NCBI GenBank assembly: GCA_964414185.1
Contig: CAYPVK010000003.1
Location: 37,085 to 101,084 of the forward strand
DNA from: an uncultured Lactobacillales bacterium
GTDB lineage: Bacteria > Pseudomonadota > Alphaproteobacteria > CAAHEQ01 > UBA3637
Reading direction: 5' to 3'
DNA length: 64,000 nt
Below the pieces are notes generated by a model. That model had not been told where the DNA came from. It saw only the letters and a program-made list of their open reading frames with translations, and did not search any database. Shown here piece by piece: positions 47,728-60,653 of this stretch; within the stretch, counting starts at the first letter, position 1, and each line of letters starts with the position of its first letter. The position numbers and the translations under genes are program-made.

Positions 47728-50543
47728 TATATAATATCAATTTATCGGATCATTTTGCAGATAGATTGGTTGAATATGTCTTGTCAAAAAAATTTGCAAG
47801 CCCGTTTGATATGGCACGTTTGCAGATTATTTTGCCTACGCGCCGTGCTTGCCGAACCGTTAAAGAAGCTTTCCTTAGGTCAAGTCGTCACCGCACTTTG
47901 TTACTTCCTAAATTAACGGCACTTTATGAATTGGATGAATTGCAAATTGATTTGCCCCCTACAATGCCAAATATTCGCCGCATCATGTTGTTGGCAAAAT
48001 TATGTTTGGCCAAACCGAACATCGGCACTCCCGATAAAGCAGTCATGGTTGCCATCGAGTTGGCTTCAATGTTGGATGAATTTTATCAACATGAAGCGGA
48101 TATGGGCAAGTTAGCAGATTTGGTTCAAGAAAAACAATTTGCAAAACATTGGAACGAAACGGTTGAATTTTTGGACATCATTCATGGTGCATGGCCCGAA
48201 ATTTTAGCCGAAGCAGGACAAATTGATGAAATGGATTATACCATTCGAATGATAAAAGCCACGACGTTAAAATGGCAAAAAACGCCACCGAAACATCCAA
48301 TTATAATGGCGGGTTTTGACGGAACTGTCCCTGCTGTTATCGAACTTGCAAAAGTTGTTAACGGTTTGAAAAACGGTGATTTGTTTTTAAACGGCGTTGA
48401 TACGTCCATGGATATTCAAGAATTCAAAAAATTGCCCGACAACCATTATCAATATACTTTTAAAAAGCTTTTGCAGGCTCTTAATATTGAACCTAAAGGA
48501 TTGAAATCTTTTTCACCTCGGCGCAGTTGCGAAAATTTATTAAGTGAAGCTTTCAAACCTGCTGAAAAAACCAATACATGGCAATATTTGGACGCGTTGG
48601 ATAAGGATACTTTAAAAAACGTAACGTTCTATGAATGCGATACAATGAATGAAGAAGCGTTAATGGTAGCTTTAATTTTGCGCCAAACATTGGAAACACC
48701 CGAAAAAACAGCTGCTTTTGTTACGACTGACAGATTATTGGCCCGTCGTGTGATAATTGAAATGAAACGATGGGGTGTTGAATTGGACGATTCGGCCGGT
48801 ACGCCGCTTTATCAAACCGAAACAGGGGTTTATTTGCTGTTGTTGGCCGAAATGGCCTTGTCAGGGGGTACAGGTGCGGCTAAGTTGGCATTGTTGAAAC
48901 ATCCGTTAAGTGCTGACCATATAAATCCGTCCGCTTTTCGTGTCAAAGTTAAGTCGGCAGAATTTGATGCGCGGTTAAAAAATCATAAACTGCAAATTCA
49001 AACCCAAACGGATTTTTCCCCTTTTATTGCCCATTTCCAAAATAATATTTTGGTACCGTTTAAAACGCTTTTGCAGGAACATATTTCCTTGGCCGAATCT
49101 TTGGCAACCAGCCATGATCGCAGCGGCGTTGAACGTTTATGGAACACCGAAGCCGGGCAAACCGCTTATAAACTTCTAACCGAATTACTTGAATATGGTG
49201 ATATTTTGGGTGAAATCGAACCGGCATTTTATCCGACCGTTTTAAAGTTATTTATGTCAAACATGTCAGTGCGTCCGCGATACGGCATGCATCCGAGGCT
49301 TGATATTTTGGGACCTATTGAAGCGCGGATGAGTCAAGCCGACGTCATGATTGTCGGCGGTTTGAACGAAGGCATTTTTCCTCAAATTCCCGAAGCGGGG
49401 CCATGGTTGAACCGTCCGATGCGCAAATCATTGGGGTTGCCGTCACTTGAAAGCAAAATTGCAACATCTGCAATGGATTTTGCCCGTTGTTTGTGTGCCA
49501 AAGAAGTGTATTTGACAAGAGCTTTGAAAGCTGACGGTTCACCGACAATCCCGTCGCGTTTTCTTTCGCGTCTTGAGGCGGTTTTGAAAGCCGGCAATGT
49601 CATATGGAAAAAACAAGTACCGAATTTGGCGCGTTTAATCGACAAACCGACCGAAACAATACCCGCCGTGCGCCCTGCTCCAAAACCGCCGTTATCGGCA
49701 CGGCCGCGTGCTTTGTCGGTTACAAAGATTGAATTGTGGATGCGTAATCCGTATGCCATTTATGCACGTTATATTTTAAACTTATATCCGTTGGACGATT
49801 TGGAAATTTTACAAAAGGGCTTATTGTTCGGGAATGCCGCGCATAAAGCCTTGGAACGTTTTATCAAACAAAATCCCGCATCACTTAATGAACAAAAATT
49901 ATTGGCATTCGGCATGGATACACTTAAATCCTACGGTTTTGACGAAGGTGATTTAGCCTTTTATATGCCAAAGTTTGAAAACATCGCCAAATGGTTTTTA
50001 ACCGAACAAGCCGCCCGTCAAGGGCGCACCGCGCAATGTATTGTCGAACAAACGGGCGAAATTGTATTGCCTATGCCGCACGGACCTTTTAAATTATCGG
50101 GGAAAGCTGACCGCATTGATATTTTAAAGGATGGGTCGGTTGAAATCATAGATTATAAAACGGGTAGCGTTCCTTCGATTAAAGAGGTACATGCCGGTTT
50201 TGCGCCGCAGTTGCCTTTGGAAGCATATATTTTAACCCAAGGCGGTTTTGAAAACGTTCAAACACATAAAATTTCCGATTTATCCTATTGGAAATTATCC
50301 GGAAAAACGGGAGATTCGAAAATTACGTCGCTTAATACGAAAAACAGCGAAAATTTATCGGCTTTAATCGCCAAATCCGCCGAAGGGGTAAAAGCGCTTA
50401 TCCATACGTTTGATGACGAAAATACGCCCTATGAAGCGTGCCCTGTCCCTGAAAAAGCGCCCAAGTATAATGATTACGAACATTTATCGCGTGCCAAAGA
50501 ATGGTTAAATGCCGATGAGGACGAGGATGACACATATGAATGA
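47724..50543 (+). CDS. addB: Double-strand break repair protein AddB
   Basis: Large inactivated-helicase fold with a C-terminal PD-(D/E)XK nuclease (IDYKTG). Paired with addA. Confidence 0.8.
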   Translation: MIYNINLSDHFADRLVEYVLSKKFASPFDMARLQIILPTRRACRTVKEAFLRSSRHRTLLLPKLTALYELDELQIDLPPTMPNIRRIMLLAKLCLAKPNIGTPDKAVMVAIELASMLDEFYQHEADMGKLADLVQEKQFAKHWNETVEFLDIIHGAWPEILAEAGQIDEMDYTIRMIKATTLKWQKTPPKHPIIMAGFDGTVPAVIELAKVVNGLKNGDLFLNGVDTSMDIQEFKKLPDNHYQYTFKKLLQALNIEPKGLKSFSPRRSCENLLSEAFKPAEKTNTWQYLDALDKDTLKNVTFYECDTMNEEALMVALILRQTLETPEKTAAFVTTDRLLARRVIIEMKRWGVELDDSAGTPLYQTETGVYLLLLAEMALSGGTGAAKLALLKHPLSADHINPSAFRVKVKSAEFDARLKNHKLQIQTQTDFSPFIAHFQNNILVPFKTLLQEHISLAESLATSHDRSGVERLWNTEAGQTAYKLLTELLEYGDILGEIEPAFYPTVLKLFMSNMSVRPRYGMHPRLDILGPIEARMSQADVMIVGGLNEGIFPQIPEAGPWLNRPMRKSLGLPSLESKIATSAMDFARCLCAKEVYLTRALKADGSPTIPSRFLSRLEAVLKAGNVIWKKQVPNLARLIDKPTETIPAVRPAPKPPLSARPRALSVTKIELWMRNPYAIYARYILNLYPLDDLEILQKGLLFGNAAHKALERFIKQNPASLNEQKLLAFGMDTLKSYGFDEGDLAFYMPKFENIAKWFLTEQAARQGRTAQCIVEQTGEIVLPMPHGPFKLSGKADRIDILKDGSVEIIDYKTGSVPSIKEVHAGFAPQLPLEAYILTQGGFENVQTHKISDLSYWKLSGKTGDSKITSLNTKNSENLSALIAKSAEGVKALIHTFDDENTPYEACPVPEKAPKYNDYEHLSRAKEWLNADEDEDDTYE

Positions 50544-53500
50544 TTTATTAAGGCAAATCAATAAAGAACAACAAAAAGCCAGCAATCCTTTATCAAGCGT
50601 TTGGGTGGCGGCATCGGCGGGTTCGGGTAAAACAAAAGTGTTAACCGACCGTGTGTTGAATTTGTTGTTGTTGAACGGCCAACCCGAAAAATTATTGTGC
50701 TTGACTTTTACCAAGACCGCTGCCGCCGAAATGTCCAACCGCATTAATGATGTTTTGAAATCTTGGGTAATTATGCCGGATGAAGCTTTGGCAGCTGAGA
50801 TTGAAAAACTGTCCGGCGATTATGCCGACGGTGACATGTTGGACAAGGCCAGACGCTTGTTCGCTCTGACTTTGGAAGCACCGGGCGGCATGAAAATCAT
50901 GACCATTCACAGTTTTTGCCAATCCGTGTTAAAACGCTTTCCGTTGGAAGCGGACGTTTCGCCCAATTTCGAAGTCATGGATGACACGACTTCAACCGAA
51001 ATGCTGAATCGGCTGTTACATGATGCTTTTAAAAATCCGTCATTGAAAAAGGATGTTGCTTACTTGTCAAGCGAATTGGATGAAACCGCATTCATGAAAA
51101 TTTTTAAAGAAATTTTGGCAAACCGTTCGGCTTTAATGCATTTGAAAGAGCGTATCCCGAACCTTCAAACATTGATATATCAATTAAAGAATTACTATAA
51201 AATAAATAATTATCTCACTGAAAATGATATTATAAATGAAAATTTTGATTTGGACGAATGGTCGGAAAAGAAAAAACTTTATCTGTATGCCGAAGGAGGG
51301 AAAAAACGTGGTATTAAAGATAAATTTGCGGATAATGATGAAGCTCAATTGGTCTATCAAACCGATGAAAAATTAAAGTTTTTTAAAATCATTCAAGCAA
51401 CCGAAAGTTTATTAAATCTTGCCTATTTCGTGTTGGAAAAATACGATTATGAAAAACAAACAAAATCAATGCTGGATTATGATGATTTGATTGAAAAAAC
51501 AAAAGTCCTGTTGGAACAATCCGATAAAGCGGCATGGGTTTTGTATAAGCTTGACGGAGGCATTGACCACATTTTGGTCGATGAGGCGCAAGATACAAAC
51601 CCGGATCAATGGGCGATTGTTCGTATGTTGGCCGAAGAATTTTTTTCGGGTGACGGTGTCAGCGATGCTTTTCGAACGATATTCGCCGTAGGGGATAAAA
51701 AACAATCCATTTACAGCTTTCAAGGTGCCGATCCGTCCGAATTTGAACGGATGCGTCTGTTTTTTGACAAAAAAGTAATGGCATCTCAAAACGATTTTAT
51801 AACCGTTCCGCTTAATTATTCTTTCCGTTCGACAAAACCCGTTTTGGATTTGGTTAATATGGTGCTGAAAAATAAAACGGCTAAAAACGGCGTATTGGAT
51901 TCCATGGAAGAAGCCGTCCACTTGGCTTTTCGGGATAAAGATGCCGGTTTGGTGGAAATTTGGCCGCTGGAAGAAGCTGAAAAAACGGATGAACCCGAAC
52001 CTTGGAAACCGCCGGTCGAACGTCAGCCTATCCAATCGGCCGAAACGCGCTTGGCTCAAAAAATAGCTTTCAAAATCAAAAACATGATAGAAAGTAAGGA
52101 AATTTTGCCCTCTCAAGGTCGCCCGATACGGCCCGGCGATTTTTTGGTTTTGGTTCAACGGCGCCGTAAATTTGTCAGCGAATTGGTTCGATATTTAAAA
52201 GAATATAATGTCCCCGTTGCCGGTATTGACCGTTTGGTTATTACCAACCATATCGCCGTGCAGGATTTATTGGCTATGGCAAAGTTTGCACTTTTGCAAA
52301 GCGACGATTTAAATTTGGCGTGTGTTTTAAAAAGCCCTTTAATCGGTTTGACCGAAGAACAATTATTTGATGTGTGCCATGGACGCGGTTCCCAATCGGT
52401 TTGGGAACGTGTTAAAGTCCTCTTCCCGGATAAAGCGGCTTTATTGTCCGAGATAATGGATAACGCCGACAAAATGCCTCCGTTCGAATTTTTTTCATAT
52501 ATTTTGAGCGTTTTGAACGGCCGCAAACGTTTTGTCGCCCGTTTGGGAGAAGAAGCAAACGAAGCGTTAGACGAATTTTTAAACCTATGTATGACGTTTG
52601 AACAAAACAACACGTCGTCATTGCAAGTTTTTTTGACTTGGATGAGTGAAAAATCCATAGAAATCAAGCGCGATTTGGACAGCGCGTCCGTTGATGCCGT
52701 GCGAATCATGACCGTTCACGGGTCAAAGGGGTTGCAAGGAAACATTGTTTTTTTGCCCGATACGCGATTTGTGTCGCACAAACGACCGGGTTTTATTTGG
52801 GATAAACAAGGCTATCCCTTATGGATACCGAAAAAAAGCGTACGTACCGAAGCGGTTTATGACATTTTTGATGAACTTGACACACTGCGTTTGCAAGAAT
52901 ACCGCCGTTTGTTATATGTTGCCATTACGCGTCCGAAAGACAGATTGTATATATGCGGTTGGGAAGGCAAAAAAAAGGCGGCTCAAGGAAATTGGTATGA
53001 TTTGATTTTAGAAGCAATCGAAGCCGTACCCGATGAAGACGGCATTATTCGTTTTAAATCTTCTCAACGGCGCGAAGTGGAAACAAAGGAAGTTCAAATC
53101 AAGAGCGAAAAACAAATTGAATTGCCATATTGGGTATTTACATCGCCGATGCAAGAACCTGTTCCGCCCAAACCTTTGGCGCCGTCCAAGCCCGTCGATG
53201 AAACGGTAATCGACGAATCGGCATTGACGGCTGCGCAAGAATCGACAATGCGCCGTGGAACGTTTATCCATAAATTATTGCAATTTTTGCTCGATATTGA
53301 ACCCGATAAGCGTCAGGAAACCGTCGAAAAAATTAAACCTCGGGATATTGAAATTCCGAACAATTTTTTTGAAATTTTTGAAAATGAAAATTTTAAAGAC
53401 TTGTTCGGCCCCCGTTCGTTGGCGGAAGTCCCCGTCGTAGGCGTTGTTGATGGGCGTGCCGTTTCGGGACAAGTGGATCGATTGGTTGAAAAGGAAAATG

Positions 53501-53682
53501 AAGTTTTAATTGTGGATTTTAAAAGCAATCGCCATGTACCGTCAACCCGGGATAAAATTCCCGAGGTTTACAAGGTGCAAATGAAAACATATAAAGCATT
53601 GCTAAAAAATGTCTTTCCTGCTAAAATAATCAAATCTTATTTATTATGGACCGAAAATATGTCATTGATGGAGATAGAATAA
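50536..53682 (+). CDS. addA: Double-strand break repair helicase-nuclease AddA (UvrD-like)
   Basis: Walker A AASAGSGKTKVL, UvrD helicase motifs and a C-terminal nuclease (VDFKS). ATGAATGA overlap with addB. Confidence 0.85.
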   Translation: MNDLLRQINKEQQKASNPLSSVWVAASAGSGKTKVLTDRVLNLLLLNGQPEKLLCLTFTKTAAAEMSNRINDVLKSWVIMPDEALAAEIEKLSGDYADGDMLDKARRLFALTLEAPGGMKIMTIHSFCQSVLKRFPLEADVSPNFEVMDDTTSTEMLNRLLHDAFKNPSLKKDVAYLSSELDETAFMKIFKEILANRSALMHLKERIPNLQTLIYQLKNYYKINNYLTENDIINENFDLDEWSEKKKLYLYAEGGKKRGIKDKFADNDEAQLVYQTDEKLKFFKIIQATESLLNLAYFVLEKYDYEKQTKSMLDYDDLIEKTKVLLEQSDKAAWVLYKLDGGIDHILVDEAQDTNPDQWAIVRMLAEEFFSGDGVSDAFRTIFAVGDKKQSIYSFQGADPSEFERMRLFFDKKVMASQNDFITVPLNYSFRSTKPVLDLVNMVLKNKTAKNGVLDSMEEAVHLAFRDKDAGLVEIWPLEEAEKTDEPEPWKPPVERQPIQSAETRLAQKIAFKIKNMIESKEILPSQGRPIRPGDFLVLVQRRRKFVSELVRYLKEYNVPVAGIDRLVITNHIAVQDLLAMAKFALLQSDDLNLACVLKSPLIGLTEEQLFDVCHGRGSQSVWERVKVLFPDKAALLSEIMDNADKMPPFEFFSYILSVLNGRKRFVARLGEEANEALDEFLNLCMTFEQNNTSSLQVFLTWMSEKSIEIKRDLDSASVDAVRIMTVHGSKGLQGNIVFLPDTRFVSHKRPGFIWDKQGYPLWIPKKSVRTEAVYDIFDELDTLRLQEYRRLLYVAITRPKDRLYICGWEGKKKAAQGNWYDLILEAIEAVPDEDGIIRFKSSQRREVETKEVQIKSEKQIELPYWVFTSPMQEPVPPKPLAPSKPVDETVIDESALTAAQESTMRRGTFIHKLLQFLLDIEPDKRQETVEKIKPRDIEIPNNFFEIFENENFKDLFGPRSLAEVPVVGVVDGRAVSGQVDRLVEKENEVLIVDFKSNRHVPSTRDKIPEVYKVQMKTYKALLKNVFPAKIIKSYLLWTENMSLMEIE

Positions 53683-54423
53683 ATGATAAAAAAACTGATG
53701 ATAGTCTGCTTGTTCGGCTTTTTGGCGTGTGCTTGCCAAACGCTTCCCCGGACGCCCGAAAATTTTGAAGCCGTAACGGTTGAAACCGAACATTTTTCAT
53801 TCCGTATTTTCCAAAAGCAAATTACTCCCGGCAAACCGATCCGTTTTTATATTGAAGGCAACGGCAATCCGAACCCGGATGATTTTGTAGCATTAAAAAT
53901 GGCGCAAAACGACCCATCGCAAAATGTTATTTATTTATCAAGGCCGTGCCAATTTATAGACAGCCGAGTATGTTCCAATTCCGCCATTTATACAACGGCA
54001 CAATACCACGAAGAAATTTTGGCCGAAATGCAAGAATTGACAGCTTATTTGATAAACAAGTATAAAACTCCGGCCGTTGAATTCATCGGGTATGACGGCG
54101 GGGGAACAATCGCCATGTTGCTCGGAACACGTGTGCCCCAAACGCGACGGATTATCACGGTGGCGGGTATATTGGATTTAAACAGCTATACCGAACACAA
54201 CGGATTGGAACCGTATGTTGACAGTTTAAATCCTGCCGATGAAAAAAATATTATCGCATCCATTCCCCAAATACATTACGTCGGCGGTAAAGATGAAATA
54301 ACGACCAAACGTATGGCGGAACGTTTTGTCGCGCGGTTGCAATCGCCGCGTTCGGCGGTTGTAAAAGTTGTCCCATCTTTGGGGCATGACGGTTGGGAAC
54401 GCGTTCAATTTGATTATTATTAA
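53683..54423 (+). CDS. Hypothetical lipoprotein (alpha/beta-hydrolase-like)
   Basis: Lipobox LACAC. No clear catalytic motif. Confidence 0.45.
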   Translation: MIKKLMIVCLFGFLACACQTLPRTPENFEAVTVETEHFSFRIFQKQITPGKPIRFYIEGNGNPNPDDFVALKMAQNDPSQNVIYLSRPCQFIDSRVCSNSAIYTTAQYHEEILAEMQELTAYLINKYKTPAVEFIGYDGGGTIAMLLGTRVPQTRRIITVAGILDLNSYTEHNGLEPYVDSLNPADEKNIIASIPQIHYVGGKDEITTKRMAERFVARLQSPRSAVVKVVPSLGHDGWERVQFDYY

Positions 54424-54448
54424 CGTATGAATTTAGATATTAATCACA

Positions 54449-54478
54449 AGGGTACCCCTAAACGGTACCCTTTATTTA
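54449..54478. terminator. Bidirectional terminator
   Basis: AAGGGTACCcctaaacGGTACCCTT followed by a T-run. Confidence 0.5.
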
Positions 54479-54567
54479 TTGTCTCTTATGTATTGTGAAA
54501 TTTAAAAGTACCTGAACAAACATACCAACCCTTTATCAGATAAGCTTTGAAACATATTAAGATAAAA

Positions 54568-56781
54568 TTAATCCAATTGCATTGTGCCGATTGTTTCCAA
54601 ATCGTCTTCTTCATTGACAAAATCTTCAGGCATCGGACCAACCGGTTTAATTTTTGACAATTCTTTGTACTGCGGTATTTTGGAATACAGCGGTGTTTGT
54701 CCGACAATCGGACGATATAATTTGCCGGCATATAAAACAATTTGTTTTGTATTCGGCATATTTAGGAAAGTTGAACCGCCGATAACCGTATCATCTTTTG
54801 TTTTTATTTTAAGTTTATGTTCATTCCAAAAAGTTGCCCCCATCCCTTTGAAATTTCCCGGCAAAAGTGAACTCGAAAGATCCAATTTACAACGGCTTTT
54901 ATCATAGCTGCGAACGACCTTTGTCAATGTTTCGATACCCTTTGTCAACTTATTACGTGTTTCGGGATTATTGTTGCGTTTGATTATTTTTGCGGCTACC
55001 GAACTCATAATCGTATCGGCCGTTTCTTGATTATATTTTGCCGAAATTTGATGCCAATCTTGGACACAGATAAAAAATGAATTTCCCTTTGAACGTCCGA
55101 AAACAATACCGTCGGCAATACTTTTTAATGATGGCATATGATGAAATTCATCTAAAATGAAAGTCATCGGGAAAGGCCCCATTCCGTCTTCATTCGGACC
55201 GCTTTTCATCAAAGCATTCATAGACATGTTGATGAATAAGCTGTTGACAAGCATTGTCGAACCCAAATCCGACAAAGGAACCGACAAATAAATCGTAATG
55301 GGGCGATATGTGCCGTCAATATCTTGAATGCCGCGTAATTGATCATAATTAATGTCATTTAATGATGTACGCAACCGAACGGCGGCATTTTTAAAAATAT
55401 TAATGCCCGAAAGTGCCATTGATACGACAGAACCGCGTTGTTTATCCGGCAATGCTTCAACTTGAGACAATTCCAGTAATGTCCGCCGTCCGTATCCGTA
55501 ATAAGCCGTTTCCAAAACAGCTTCTTCCAAAATCATCTTCCACGCATCCGTGTTTAAAGCTGTGACATCTTGTTCCAAGCGCCTTTGTTTCAATTGTTCG
55601 TTGTATTTCATTTGCGTATTGTTTAAAACATCCAACAACATCGCAAAACATGCATCGGAGCCCCGCCAATTTTTCGGAATAATGCCCCATTTACCGATAG
55701 GCAAATAATTTTCTTTGGTAATGCGTCGCGCACGAGCATTTTTAAGGGCTTCTTGCACTTCGGGAAAATCGCGCATTGTTTCATAATAGGAAATCAGTAC
55801 AACATAATCTTCTTCATCCAAAGCATCTTGTTCAATTTTATATAAAAAGTAATCATTGGCTTTTGCCTGATCGACTTTCCCGCACAACCACCCCGTTAAG
55901 CCGGTTAAACACCCGCGCCCTGCCTTTGTCCAATACGGATCGGTTCCCGTGGGGCCGTCCGGGATTAAAAAGTCAATCAATTCATCAATGTAACCTTCCC
56001 TGCCGCCTTGGATTGATGGCAGATTGTCCCCGCCCAACGGATTCCAAGACGGCCAACGGATACCCTTTGACGGGTCGTCAAGTGCACCCCAATTCAATTT
56101 AAAAACGGGGCCTAATGTCGCACGATAACCGCTGGTAGCGGCAGCTATTTCACCTTTTGGATCATGAATAATCAAACAGGTATCTTGAGCTTCAAAGATT
56201 GCGGGAATAATACATCCCACTGTTTTTCCTGTACCGGGCGCGCCGATACAAAAGACCGAACGGCAATCGGGCAACTTCATTTTCGAACCGTTCATCATGC
56301 CTAAAAACAATCCTTTTCCGGTCAACAGGCCGAATTCTTTTAAATCTTTTTTTGTCGCCACACGTCCGTCGCCGAATGTTCGAGGTGCCAAATAGTACGG
56401 ATTTTTAACCGGAATCATCAATTCATACCAAATGAATAAACCGATCGGAATAATCGGCAGTTTCCAAGCAAAAAAACTGCCCCAAGTCGTATGGCGCGGC
56501 TCATTCGTAACCCATTGGGTCAAAGATGTCCAATATGTGGTGAACGGCAAAAAGACATTGCCCGAAAAAACAGCTTTAAAATAAGTACCGTACATGCCGC
56601 CCAATTCGTTCCAATAACCTTTTATTGCCGCATATGTAAACGGTATCCAAAACAATAATAAAATCCATAATAAAACGATACCCAATAAAGCACGCCACCA
56701 CCAAAATTTCAATGCCTTGCGCGTTGATTCGGATTCTTCTTTAAACCTGAAAATTTTAAAATGGTCAAATATCATGATCAA
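54568..56781 (-). CDS. virD4: Type IV secretion coupling protein (VirD4/TraG family)
   Basis: N-terminal TM helices, Walker A GAPGTGKTVG, TraG/TrwB-like length and motifs. Confidence 0.8.
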   Translation of the reverse strand: MIMIFDHFKIFRFKEESESTRKALKFWWWRALLGIVLLWILLLFWIPFTYAAIKGYWNELGGMYGTYFKAVFSGNVFLPFTTYWTSLTQWVTNEPRHTTWGSFFAWKLPIIPIGLFIWYELMIPVKNPYYLAPRTFGDGRVATKKDLKEFGLLTGKGLFLGMMNGSKMKLPDCRSVFCIGAPGTGKTVGCIIPAIFEAQDTCLIIHDPKGEIAAATSGYRATLGPVFKLNWGALDDPSKGIRWPSWNPLGGDNLPSIQGGREGYIDELIDFLIPDGPTGTDPYWTKAGRGCLTGLTGWLCGKVDQAKANDYFLYKIEQDALDEEDYVVLISYYETMRDFPEVQEALKNARARRITKENYLPIGKWGIIPKNWRGSDACFAMLLDVLNNTQMKYNEQLKQRRLEQDVTALNTDAWKMILEEAVLETAYYGYGRRTLLELSQVEALPDKQRGSVVSMALSGINIFKNAAVRLRTSLNDINYDQLRGIQDIDGTYRPITIYLSVPLSDLGSTMLVNSLFINMSMNALMKSGPNEDGMGPFPMTFILDEFHHMPSLKSIADGIVFGRSKGNSFFICVQDWHQISAKYNQETADTIMSSVAAKIIKRNNNPETRNKLTKGIETLTKVVRSYDKSRCKLDLSSSLLPGNFKGMGATFWNEHKLKIKTKDDTVIGGSTFLNMPNTKQIVLYAGKLYRPIVGQTPLYSKIPQYKELSKIKPVGPMPEDFVNEEDDLETIGTMQLD

Positions 56782-57878
56782 TTCCTGTTCTTCAAGTTGG
56801 ATTTAGTCGTTTTGGGTTGCCCCGTAATTCGCTTGGGCCCGTTAGCCGTTGTTTCATCGACATCGGTATCTTGATTAATATCCGTTTGTTCCGTTACGGG
56901 AACGGGTGTATGTACCTCTTCTTCATACGGAACATAAACGATTTCGGGGATGCGATCATCTTTGAGCGGTGGGCGGAATAATTCGTTTTGAGGTGTATAA
57001 ACGCGCTTGTCGGCATTTTCCAGTTCATTTTTAGCATATTCTTGCAGTTCTTTTTTTCTGGCTTGCGCAAATTTTAAAGTTGCCGTTTTAATCGCTTTGG
57101 TATCCATTTTTTCCACTTCGCGATAATAATGCAGTAGCCCTTCCAAACTTAATAATCGATTCGGATCAACATAAACGCCACGCAAATTGACTCCTTCCAA
57201 ATCAAAAGCCGACAAATCAATGCCTTTTAAATCTACATTGGTTAAATCCAAACGCCGCAAATCCAAATGCAACAAATCGGATTTTGACAAAAACCGAATA
57301 TCTATCTGACCCGCTTCAATTTGTTTTATCAAAAATTCAAGTGCCGTCAATTTTTTTAAATCTTTTTCATCGATAGCCGTATTTTTCAGGTTTAATTTGC
57401 ACGCATAAATTCGATTCCAATCGGCACCGAAAAAATCCGATCCTTCAAAATCAACTTCTTCCATATATGCTTCGGTGAAATCAGCCCCTTCAAAATCACA
57501 ATTTTTAGCCGTAGTTTTGTAAAAAACGGCACCGGACAAATTAGCGCCTTTTAAACAAGCACCCGAAATATCAGCCCCTTTTAAATTAACGCCGGAAAAA
57601 TCTCTTCCTTGTAAATCAATCCCCGCTTTTACCGCTTGAACAAGCTCAACAGCCCGTTTGTCGGAGCGGTAGTCATCACGAACGGAAGGTAATATAAATT
57701 CTTGGGTATCTATGCCCAAAGAAAAATACATCATATCCGAATCGGTTATTTTCGTATCTGCGACTTTCATCGCCGGACGTGTCATTTCTTTTTTCATAAC
57801 AGAAATTATAGCACAGAAAAATAAAAAAGAAATAAAAAAAGGATGACTTTTGTTCAAATTTATACTATAAAATGACAT
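56778..57878 (-). CDS. Pentapeptide-repeat protein
   Basis: Long run of A(D/N)LxG pentapeptides (GADISGACLKGANLSGAVF...). ATGA overlap with virD4. Confidence 0.75.
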   Translation of the reverse strand: MSFYSINLNKSHPFFISFLFFCAIISVMKKEMTRPAMKVADTKITDSDMMYFSLGIDTQEFILPSVRDDYRSDKRAVELVQAVKAGIDLQGRDFSGVNLKGADISGACLKGANLSGAVFYKTTAKNCDFEGADFTEAYMEEVDFEGSDFFGADWNRIYACKLNLKNTAIDEKDLKKLTALEFLIKQIEAGQIDIRFLSKSDLLHLDLRRLDLTNVDLKGIDLSAFDLEGVNLRGVYVDPNRLLSLEGLLHYYREVEKMDTKAIKTATLKFAQARKKELQEYAKNELENADKRVYTPQNELFRPPLKDDRIPEIVYVPYEEEVHTPVPVTEQTDINQDTDVDETTANGPKRITGQPKTTKSNLKNRN

Positions 57879-57904
57879 GACAATAAAAAAATGGAGACTG
57901 AATT

Positions 57905-58358
57905 ATGGTTTATCTTATTTCATTGGCGGTAATCTTATTGGACCAGATATCGAAAATTTTTATCTTGGATGTGATGAATCCGCCTCAAACAATTGAAGTT
58001 CTTCCTTTCGCCAATATTGTTCTGGCTTATAATAAAGGCGTCAGTTTTTCAATGATGTCAAACGGTTCGGTTTATGCCCCTTATATTTTGGCAATCGTTG
58101 CGCTTTTGATTTGTGCGGGGTTGATTTGGTGGATGATGAAGGAAAAAGACAAATGGACACGGGTGGGTATAGCCCTTATCATCGGCGGTGCCATTGGGAA
58201 CGTCATTGATCGCTTTTTATACGGAGCCGTAGTGGATTTCGTTGATTTGCATGCATTCGGTTACCATTGGCCGGCTTTTAACGTAGCCGACAGTGCGATT
58301 TGTATTGGTGCTTTTTTGATATTATTAAGAGCTTTCAGATTATCCAAGGAGAAAAAGA

Positions 58359-58366
<8 letters not shown>
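57905..58366 (+). CDS. lspA: Lipoprotein signal peptidase II
   Basis: Four TM helices plus the conserved FNVADSAI motif. Confidence 0.85.
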
Positions 58367-60653
<2,287 letters not shown>

